In this document: positions 56,611-64,000 of the stretch, piece after piece | How positions within the stretch are numbered: the first letter of the stretch is position 1 | Layout: every line of letters begins with the position of its first letter | Source: Rubripirellula sp. | Lineage (GTDB): Bacteria > Planctomycetota > Planctomycetia > Pirellulales > Pirellulaceae | Direction of reading: 5' to 3' | NCBI GenBank assembly: GCA_965216875.1 | Contig: OZ244207.1 | Span: 5,504,001 to 5,568,000, forward strand | Length of the DNA: 64,000 nt | The notes under the pieces: generated by a model | What the model was told of the DNA's origin: nothing | The model's database searches: none | The model's input: the letters and a program-made list of their open reading frames with translations, nothing else | Program-made: the position numbers and the translations under genes

Positions 56611-58449
56611 TTACAGATCGTAGTCCAAAAAGACGTACTTCGGGTTCATCGTCTTGTACCATGCTCGCCATTTTTTCTGAACCGAAGCAACGGTCGAAGC
56701 GGAGTGCACGGGCTTTCCACGAGGTGGATTGTCCAACCCCATGCCGTCGAACTGGCGACTGATGAATCGCAACCCATCGCGTGCGTATCGCCAAACCATC
56801 GGATCGGTGTCACTGAGGGCGTAGATCAATGAGGGCACGACACGAAGTTCGTCCGTTGTGCTCAGCACGCGTGCGGCAACGCGGCGCGCCTGCCAAGACT
56901 TACTGCCTCGGACAAGTCGTTCCAAGCGATCAAGCTGCGCGGCACGAGTCGCCGGGTCGTTCGAAATCACCAGATTCTCGGGCAATGACTTGTCGCTCAG
57001 ATTGTCTGCGCCATCCTTTTCCAGCAACGACATCATGCTTTCGAGGTCGGCTGCGATGGGGCGCCCTTTGATTTGCGTCCCTTCGACCCGAATCTCGGTG
57101 GTGTCATCTGGCAAGCCGTAACCACCCGACAACGTACCTTCGCCCAGACTGAAAACGGTCTTTTGCGTGCTGCGGATCAGGAACAGCAAGCCGAACGAAG
57201 TGTCCGAAATCGGTGATGCACGCGATTGGCGATCGGCCCAGCTACCATCACCGTTCTGGAACTTTTTCAGCTCACTAACGCCTGTGTTGTACCAAGCAGG
57301 GCTCTTTTCCTTGACTTTGCCCTGAGCAATCTCGATGAAGCTCTCGTAACGTTCGAGCGTGTAGAGCTGGTAGAAGTACCAGTCGGCACCGCTACCACGT
57401 TTGATCGGGTTGGGATGGGCCTTGCGATAGCCTTCAAGGCTTGAGATGGCCCGCTTGATTGGCTCTTCGGAAATGGTTGCCCGACGGCGACCCGCCTTGT
57501 TCTTGTCTTCTCGGTAAAGCTTGATCGCCTTGGGCAAACCGACAATTCCTGGGTCATCATCATCAGCCCCGGTTTGCCCCCACAGACGAAGTGCGTCGCC
57601 GGCAATCAACAAGCTACTGCCGCCGGCAAGCGCCATCGACATATCGACTCGCTTTTGATTGATCCGCTGGCCGCCACGAGGGAGTTCGCCATGGTACGGC
57701 CAACCACCGTTGACGCTTTGGACCTGCAACAACCACTGCATCGCCTGGACGACCTTGGGGTAGTCCATCTTGATTCCCATGCGATCGAGCGTCCAAACCG
57801 CCAGCAACGCATATTGGGTCTGCGAGGTGTCGCCAGGCTCGGATCCGGGATAGGGCCATCCACCGTGATCGGCCTGCGATTCGAACAAGAAGTGCTGGAG
57901 GTCCTGAAGTTCTTTCTTGTAGCGGTCGCCATCGACGGCCCCCAAAAGGAGAACACAGACGGCCATCTCGTAGTTCTTTTTGTGGCCGTGTTCGCCCGAT
58001 CCACCTCGCAGCGCGTTGACCATCTTGAGTGCTGTGTCGACACCGCGCTTGACGACCGGATGCGCGGCATCATGCCGACATTTGTAGTGTGCGTATCCGG
58101 CCAGGATCGTTTCACCCGCCTTCCCGCTCCAATCGTTCACTTTGGTCGAAAACTGTTCTTGAGGAGCAGTTTCAATAAATTTCAGCCCCTTGTTGATCAT
58201 CGCCTGAACGGTGGGATGCTCGGGGGTGTAGCCCTGGGCACTAGCGCGGTCACCGGCCCCGAAAAGAGCCAGAAGGGAAAAACAGGCGGCGAAGGTGGTC
58301 ACCAACCGACTGGGGTTGGCGAACAGCTGTCTGCGATAACAAGGTTTCCAGGTCATATCCTTACCCGACATCTTTGAAAAAAATTCGTGCAGCTGGTGTT
58401 GGCCTAAATAAACTTTGCCAGTGAACCGATTGACGAATTCAAGCATCAT
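56611..58449 (-). CDS. Exported alpha/alpha-toroid (prenyltransferase/squalene-cyclase repeat) protein with C-terminal HEAT-like repeats; true start likely downstream (~58355)
   Basis: QW-type repeats QADHGGWPY, QSVNGGWPY and QNGDGSW; HEAT-like VPSLIYALSDTDPMVWRYARDGL; signal peptide ending ASAQ. Confidence 0.8.
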   Translation of the reverse strand: MMLEFVNRFTGKVYLGQHQLHEFFSKMSGKDMTWKPCYRRQLFANPSRLVTTFAACFSLLALFGAGDRASAQGYTPEHPTVQAMINKGLKFIETAPQEQFSTKVNDWSGKAGETILAGYAHYKCRHDAAHPVVKRGVDTALKMVNALRGGSGEHGHKKNYEMAVCVLLLGAVDGDRYKKELQDLQHFLFESQADHGGWPYPGSEPGDTSQTQYALLAVWTLDRMGIKMDYPKVVQAMQWLLQVQSVNGGWPYHGELPRGGQRINQKRVDMSMALAGGSSLLIAGDALRLWGQTGADDDDPGIVGLPKAIKLYREDKNKAGRRRATISEEPIKRAISSLEGYRKAHPNPIKRGSGADWYFYQLYTLERYESFIEIAQGKVKEKSPAWYNTGVSELKKFQNGDGSWADRQSRASPISDTSFGLLFLIRSTQKTVFSLGEGTLSGGYGLPDDTTEIRVEGTQIKGRPIAADLESMMSLLEKDGADNLSDKSLPENLVISNDPATRAAQLDRLERLVRGSKSWQARRVAARVLSTTDELRVVPSLIYALSDTDPMVWRYARDGLRFISRQFDGMGLDNPPRGKPVHSASTVASVQKKWRAWYKTMNPKYVFLDYDL

Positions 58450-58580
58450 ACCCTACGATCGCCGACCGTCGAATTGATCAAGACGGCCGGTTTTGTTAGT
58501 TTCCTTCACTCAGGTCACTGACGTGCCGGTAAAACGGCTCCGTAACGAAAAAATGGTTTGTTGCGTCAGTCAATTCCCAT

Positions 58581-58653
58581 GGTGAGATAGCTCAGTTGGT
58601 AGAGCACGGCCCTGAAAAGGCCGGTGTCGGCGGTTCGAGCCCGCCTCTCACCA
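58581..58653 (+). tRNA. tRNA-Phe (GAA); CCA not encoded
   Basis: Cloverleaf: acceptor GGTGAGA/TCTCACC, D-arm GCTC/GAGC, anticodon arm CGGCC-CTGAAAA-GGCCG, T-arm GGCGG-TTCGAGC-CCGCC. Confidence 0.97.
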
Positions 58654-59049
58654 CTTTTTCTTTTTTGCGACGCTTTCCACGGTCGATCCGTTGGCGTGGA
58701 AACCCTTCGTCGCTCTCGACAAATGCTTGTCGCGCCTCCCAAAACCCGGGATTTCCTGGCTGGATCTGCCTTACTCAGCCTTCTTAACCGTTCGTCCACG
58801 CGGGATCTCGACGCCAATCAACCGATCGTCTCAAGCGGTTCGGCGATCTCGAATTGCCGTGCGAACAAGCAAATCGGGTTTTTCCCCCGTTTTCTATGCC
58901 GCTAGATTATGCAGGCCACGGTTCGATGCTGCGGATGGACGCAATCATTTCGGTTCACCCCCATGACCGCGCCAGTGACCCGTTCGCTGCCTGCCCGGCC
59001 AACGCATCGCGCCACGAGAAATCCTCAGAGAAACCCCTGCGAGAAATCC

Positions 59050-60801
59050 ATGTCCCGAGCCCGCCTCGCTCTCTTGCTCTCCCTGATTGCGTTTGTCTGG
59101 ATTCAATCTCAGCACACGTGGACCTCGCAAAACGCCTGGTCACAAGAACCCGATTCAACGGCCGAGGTCGAATCACAGGCAACCGACGAGAGTGAAACCG
59201 ACAGCGAAAGTGGATCCGATGACGAGAATGGGGCTGGTAACGAGGTCGAAGAAATATCAGGCGATGACCCCGAGGCTGGCAGTGAAGGAGCCGAAGCTGG
59301 CAGCGGGGAAAGTGAGGCTGCCGAAGGCGACGAGGCAAACGATTGGATGTCTCGAGTCGATGGCGTCTTTGGGTCTTGCGTGGGCGTGGTCGCATCGGTG
59401 CTGTTTTTCGACTTCTGGACGTCCGAGTGGCTGGGCACCTCCGTCCCGTTTGTGGTGGTCTGGCTTTTCTTGGGTGCCACGTTCCTCACCATTCGGATGG
59501 GGTTCATCAATTTCCGTGCCTTCAAGCATGCGATCGACCTAACCCGTGGTGTCTACGACAAACCGGGTGAGCCAGGGGAAGTCACTCACTTCCAAGCCCT
59601 CTCGGCAGCTCTGTCAGCGACCGTCGGCCTGGGAAACATCGCCGGCGTCGCCATCGCGATCAGCCTCGGCGGTCCTGGTGCCACGTTTTGGATCATCCTT
59701 GTCGGGCTGATTGGGATGACCGCCAAGTTCTCCGAATGCACACTCGGACAACTTTATCGGGTCAGCGATGAAGACGGACACGTTCTTGGCGGCCCCATGC
59801 GTTATCTGAAGTCAGGTCTTGCCGAACTTGGCCTAGCGAAACTCGGCACCGTCCTCGCTTGGCTGTTCATGATCCTCTGCATCGGCGCAAGCTTCGGTGG
59901 CGGAAACGCGTTCCAGGTCGGACAGTCGCTCGAAGCCATTCGCGGTGACATCCCAGTTCTTCAAGACCACCCTTACATCTACGGCGTCTTGATGGCGGCG
60001 ATGGTCGGCGTAGTGATCGTTGGCGGAATCAAAAGCATCGGGGCGGTCGCTTCAAAAATCGTTCCCTTCATGTGCTTGGCCTATGTGGTTGCCGCATTGT
60101 TCATCCTGTTCGTCAACGTTGGCGCGATCCCAGCCGCCGTGATGAAAATCATCAGCGGTGCGTTCTCTGTCGAAGCAGGACTCGGTGGCTTCCTGGGAAT
60201 CTTGGTCATCGGTATCCAACGAGCCGTCTTTAGTAACGAAGCAGGCGTTGGTTCCGCCGCAATCGCCCACTCAGCAGCAAAGACCGACGAACCGGTCAGC
60301 GAAGGAATCGTGGCGTTGCTGGAACCCTTCATTGACACGGTCGTTGTCTGCACCATCACCGCTCTCGTCGTTGTCGTCACCGGCGCCTACAACGCTCCAG
60401 AAATGGCCGATGCCATCGCTGGCAAACAAGGCGCAACGATCACACTGCACGCATTCACCACGGGCGGCTACGATTGGTTCCGCTACGTACTTTACGTCGC
60501 CGTCGTCTTGTTCGCGTACTCGACATGCATCAGTTGGTCGTACTACGGCGAACGTTGTTGGGTCGAACTGTTCGGCGCTCACACCTCGCTCGTCTACAAA
60601 GTGCTGTTCTTGGTCTTCACCGTTCTTGGTTCGATCGTCACCCGTGGCAACATCCTCGACTTTAGCGATTTGATGATCCTAGGGATGAGCTTCCCGAACT
60701 TGTTGGGAGTCTTCCTGCTGAGCGGAATCGTCAAACGTGAACTCGATAAGTACTGGCAAAAGTACCGGTCAGGCGAACTCAAGCCTGCCGACGAGTCGTA
60801 A
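59050..60801 (+). CDS. Alanine/glycine:cation symporter (AGCS) with an N-terminal acidic extension
   Basis: FQALSAALSATVGLGNIAGVA, GGPGATFW, GGPMRY, FSNEAGVGS and WSYYGE. Confidence 0.93.
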   Translation: MSRARLALLLSLIAFVWIQSQHTWTSQNAWSQEPDSTAEVESQATDESETDSESGSDDENGAGNEVEEISGDDPEAGSEGAEAGSGESEAAEGDEANDWMSRVDGVFGSCVGVVASVLFFDFWTSEWLGTSVPFVVVWLFLGATFLTIRMGFINFRAFKHAIDLTRGVYDKPGEPGEVTHFQALSAALSATVGLGNIAGVAIAISLGGPGATFWIILVGLIGMTAKFSECTLGQLYRVSDEDGHVLGGPMRYLKSGLAELGLAKLGTVLAWLFMILCIGASFGGGNAFQVGQSLEAIRGDIPVLQDHPYIYGVLMAAMVGVVIVGGIKSIGAVASKIVPFMCLAYVVAALFILFVNVGAIPAAVMKIISGAFSVEAGLGGFLGILVIGIQRAVFSNEAGVGSAAIAHSAAKTDEPVSEGIVALLEPFIDTVVVCTITALVVVVTGAYNAPEMADAIAGKQGATITLHAFTTGGYDWFRYVLYVAVVLFAYSTCISWSYYGERCWVELFGAHTSLVYKVLFLVFTVLGSIVTRGNILDFSDLMILGMSFPNLLGVFLLSGIVKRELDKYWQKYRSGELKPADES

Positions 60802-60840
60802 TCACGAGTCCTGTTCACGAGCCCTCGAGCGCGCCCACCT

Positions 60841-62127
60841 ATGTCTCGTGTTTGCATCTTGAACGTTGTTGGTTTGACCCCAAACCTGCTGCGTCACGCT
60901 CCCAATCTCGCTGCCGTCGGCGACGCCGTCGCATGGAAGAGTCCCGTGCCGGCGGTGACCTGTACGTCACAGGCCACCATGCTGACCGGCCTTGCGCCGC
61001 GCGAGCATGGGATCGTCGGAAATGGCTGGTATTTCCGCGACACCCAAGAAGTCCGTCTTTGGCAACAAGCCAACTCACTGGTGCAAGGCGACAAGTTCTA
61101 CGACGGCGTCGAAACGGCCAAGATGTTCTGGTGGTTCAACCAATCCTCTGGAGTTCGCTACAGCGCAACACCAAAGCCTCACTATGGCTGTGACGGCTCG
61201 AAGGTTTTTGATGTCCTGGATCACACCGAATGCGAACTGACAAAGAACCTCGGCCCCTTTCCGTTCTTCACCTTTTGGGGACCCAACGCAGGCCTGCCCT
61301 GTTCGGATTGGATCGCTCGCGCCACTGCGTTGGTGATGCGGAAGAAACAGCCGCAATTGACGATGGCCTACTTGCCCCATCTCGACTATGACTTTCAAAG
61401 GCTGCCCGACCACGATCCGCAGCGCGTTGCCGAAATCGATCGCTGTGCCAAGCATGTAATCGAGGCCGCGAAGGACATCGATGCCAAAGTGGTGGTCGTC
61501 TCCGAATACGGGCTCACTCGGGTCGATCGGCCCGTCCACATCAATCGTCAACTACGCCACGCTGGCCTGCTTGGCGTTCGTGGCGGCCCCTTTGGCGAAA
61601 TGCTGATGCCAGGCGAAAGCGACGCCTTTGCCGTCGCTGATCACCAGGTCGCACATGTCTATGTGCGAGATCGATCCAAGATCGAACAAGTCCGCAAGCA
61701 ACTCGAGTCGGTCGACGGGATCGATCGCGTCGTCGATCCGGGCGATTTGGAACTCGATCATCCGCGCAGCGGCGAACTGATCGCTCTCTCGGAACCCGAC
61801 GCTTGGTTCACCTATTACTACTGGCTCGATGACGCATTCGCACCCGACTTTGCGCGAACGGTCGACATCCATCGCAAACCTGGCTACGACCCCTGCGAGC
61901 TTTTTATGACCAGCAAGTTTCGCGCGATGCGCAAACTCGCGAGAAAGAAACTTGGCTTCCGCTACAAGATGGATGTGATTCCGCTGGATGCCCATTTGGT
62001 CCGCGGCAGTCACGGGTTGCTGAACGAAACCGATGACGGACCACTTGTGATCGGCCCCGACACGCCGCCAAGTGACATGAAGGGTTTCAAAGACTATGTG
62101 ACCGCGTTGCTTTCAACCGGAAAATGA
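60841..62127 (+). CDS. Alkaline phosphatase superfamily nucleotide pyrophosphatase/phosphodiesterase (EboF-like)
   Basis: PAVTCTSQAT, HGIVGNGW, YLPHLDY, SEYG, HRKPGYDP.EL and GSHG. Confidence 0.88.
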   Translation: MSRVCILNVVGLTPNLLRHAPNLAAVGDAVAWKSPVPAVTCTSQATMLTGLAPREHGIVGNGWYFRDTQEVRLWQQANSLVQGDKFYDGVETAKMFWWFNQSSGVRYSATPKPHYGCDGSKVFDVLDHTECELTKNLGPFPFFTFWGPNAGLPCSDWIARATALVMRKKQPQLTMAYLPHLDYDFQRLPDHDPQRVAEIDRCAKHVIEAAKDIDAKVVVVSEYGLTRVDRPVHINRQLRHAGLLGVRGGPFGEMLMPGESDAFAVADHQVAHVYVRDRSKIEQVRKQLESVDGIDRVVDPGDLELDHPRSGELIALSEPDAWFTYYYWLDDAFAPDFARTVDIHRKPGYDPCELFMTSKFRAMRKLARKKLGFRYKMDVIPLDAHLVRGSHGLLNETDDGPLVIGPDTPPSDMKGFKDYVTALLSTGK

Positions 62128-63119
62128 TCTTCAACGACTTGGTGGAACTCTTCCGCCGTTGAAACGGTCGCCACGTGCGAGCGAAAAAAGCGTGCGCCAC
62201 GTTTGCCTTGTGCGTAACAGCAAGCGTACTTTCGCATGAGCACTGTGCCCTTCTCTTCCCCGAATCGATTGGTCACCAATTCGTAGTGACGCAACATCAC
62301 ATCGCGTTGTTTCTCGAGTGACGGATCGGGTGGGATCGGTTCGCCGCGCAACGCCGCCGCAGCTTGGGCGAACAGCCACGGCTTTCCCAAACAGGCTCGT
62401 GCGATCATCACTCCGTCGACGTCGTAACGCCGAAACGCGTCGACCACCTTTTCAGCGCTGTCCAAATCGCCATTGCCGATCAGTGGAATCGACTTGAGGT
62501 GTTGTTTGATTTCCGAGATGCGATCCCAATCGGCGTGCCCGCGAAACATGTCTTGAGCCGTACGGCCGTGGACAGTCAATGCCGCCGCCCCAGCCTCTTC
62601 GACCACTCGCGCGACCTGGTTGCAATTGACATTGTCACGCGTGCAGCCGAGGCGAATCTTTGCAGTGACCGGAGTCGGGCTGCACGTTTCGACCAAGCGG
62701 CTAATGATCTGATACATTCGCTGCGGCTCACGAAGCAAATAGCTTCCGCTGTGGGCCTTCTCGGTCACCTGGCGCACCGGACAACCAAAGTTGATGTCGA
62801 CAACGCTAACGCGATACTCTTCGGCCAAGCGTTTGCCAACCTTGGCCATGGTCTCGGGATCGTTATCCCAAATCTGGACCGCAAGCGGACGCGCCTCTTC
62901 GGCCACGCCCCACAATCGATCGGGATGCTCGGCTTCGTGTTCATCCAGCCAAACGAACCCGCGTGCGTTGACCATTTCGGTGGCCAACAACCCTGCCCCG
63001 CCAAACTCACGCACGACCTGGCGAAAGGCGGCGTTGGTAAACCCAGCCATCGGCGCCTGCAGAACTGGCGGATCGATCACCAGATCGGCAATTCGTAGCG
63101 GCTCGGGAGGAAAGGCCAT
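62094..63119 (-). CDS. dusB: tRNA-dihydrouridine synthase
   Basis: APMAG, DINFGCP, KIRLG, VHGRT, GNGD and GVMIAR. Confidence 0.93.
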   Translation of the reverse strand: MAFPPEPLRIADLVIDPPVLQAPMAGFTNAAFRQVVREFGGAGLLATEMVNARGFVWLDEHEAEHPDRLWGVAEEARPLAVQIWDNDPETMAKVGKRLAEEYRVSVVDINFGCPVRQVTEKAHSGSYLLREPQRMYQIISRLVETCSPTPVTAKIRLGCTRDNVNCNQVARVVEEAGAAALTVHGRTAQDMFRGHADWDRISEIKQHLKSIPLIGNGDLDSAEKVVDAFRRYDVDGVMIARACLGKPWLFAQAAAALRGEPIPPDPSLEKQRDVMLRHYELVTNRFGEEKGTVLMRKYACCYAQGKRGARFFRSHVATVSTAEEFHQVVEDHFPVESNAVT

Positions 63120-63188
63120 GAGGAAGCGGCTCTGCGTTCGCGGGCAGTTGGGTCAACCGACACATTCTGACCAAAATCGCGAAACTTT

Positions 63189-63348
63189 GTAGGCCGGATC
63201 AAGGAGCGACAGCGACACAGATCCGGCATGATCCCCCACACTCTGGCGAGCGACGGTCTTTTGAATCCCAAACGTAGCTACCGTCGCCAGACGGTGGGGC
63301 TCTCCGCAAAAGCCATCCAACGGACCACGCTCTGGCGAGCGTCGCTAC
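63189..63348. repeat. REP-like cluster
   Basis: GTAGGCCGGATCAAGG...GATCCGGC at 63189. Inverted pair GTAGCTACCGTCGCCAGACGGTGG (63274) and CCACGCTCTGGCGAGCGTCGCTAC (63325). Confidence 0.85.
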
Positions 63349-63371
63349 GACCTGTCAGTCCGGAGTGGCTT

Positions 63372-64000
63372 CTACCATGCACGCGACCAGCTGCCGATCA
63401 CGCTGAAGTCGGTCTCCAACTGAATCCCGTCCAGCTTCTGATAGAGCGTCGGGACGATTTCGAAGTTGAAGTAGTTCTTCTTGATCATCGCTTGGAGACC
63501 AAAACCTTGGCTGTACCAATACCCGCCACGGAAGCTTTCCACGTTGGTCGAAATCAATGCGTTGGCTGCCGACGAATCAGCACCGTCGATATTGGCTCGC
63601 CAAACGTGCTGGCCGCGCCATGAGACTGAGACGTTCTCGGTCAGCAGCACGCTTGTCCACGAATTCAAACGGTACTCTTCGCCCAAGCTGTAGTCGCGAT
63701 AGTTGCGACCGATGGGCAAATCGGTTTGAAACTGAATCCCACAACTGAAGCAATCATAGAACTTCTTGTAGGTGATCCCTGGACGCAGATTGAACGTACC
63801 ACTACCGAGTCGCATTGGATAAGGAAGCGGCTGGAACGCTGCCCCGCCGGTTGGGATCGTGGTTTGACGAAAGATCTCGCCCGTTGGGACGGAGCAACCA
63901 AGATTGAAAACCAAGTCTTCGTCTTCGTCACTGATCAAACGCAACAGAGCACCGAACGCCGTGTCACCAAAGCCACTGTTGTGGGTCGTGAAGTTCGTCA
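63372..64000 (-). CDS. Putative outer-membrane beta-barrel (MetA-pathway/'transporter'-like), 3' part only
   Basis: Frame stays open to the window edge (…HNSGFGDTAFGALLRL…); PTG and YPMRLGSGT motifs; alternating beta pattern; terminal Trp. Confidence 0.65.
   Translation of the reverse strand, partial: TNFTTHNSGFGDTAFGALLRLISDEDEDLVFNLGCSVPTGEIFRQTTIPTGGAAFQPLPYPMRLGSGTFNLRPGITYKKFYDCFSCGIQFQTDLPIGRNYRDYSLGEEYRLNSWTSVLLTENVSVSWRGQHVWRANIDGADSSAANALISTNVESFRGGYWYSQGFGLQAMIKKNYFNFEIVPTLYQKLDGIQLETDFSVIGSWSRAW

Noticed and set aside
56611..58449. Squalene-hopene cyclase / terpene biosynthetic cluster
   Set aside because: Single exported barrel, no DxDD motif, and no isoprenoid genes adjacent.
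58581..58653. tRNA-anchored genomic island or prophage
   Set aside because: No integrase in the window, and I saw no duplicate of the tRNA 3' end.

Overview
Chromosomal window that is very likely from a Planctomycete (Pirellulaceae, Rhodopirellula/Stieleria-like). This is inferred from the DUF1549/DUF1553-DUF1501 operon, the large fused CcsBA, and the GTAGCTAC-type palindromes. Housekeeping genes include glnD-glnB, nadD, priA, pdxH, dusB, a ROK kinase, a PduO-type adenosyltransferase, a Nudix hydrolase, tRNA-Phe and a partial THUMP RNA methyltransferase missed by the ORF track. The most notable content is two separate ion-driven motor loci of the MotA/TolQ/ExbB class. (1) A 14-kb, 10-gene minus-strand envelope cluster (44.2-58.4 kb) has one ExbB, three ExbDs (one with a cytoplasmic zinc ribbon), two paralogous TonB-shaped proteins, an alpha/alpha-toroid+HEAT protein, a membrane-anchored beta-propeller protein and an orphan family-5 solute-binding protein, with no TonB-dependent receptor or ABC permease. 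(2) A coupled three-gene operon (16.2-21.0 kb) has a long-tailed ZorA-shaped MotA and two atypical ExbD-like partners, one lacking the channel Asp. Also seen: a membrane-anchored HTH protein with a ~480-aa acidic linker, a hydrolase gene embedded in dense GGGGACAG/REP repeat fields, two or three candidate structured RNAs, and composite REP clusters. All calls come from reading motifs by eye; no database searches were run, and start codons are judged by eye.
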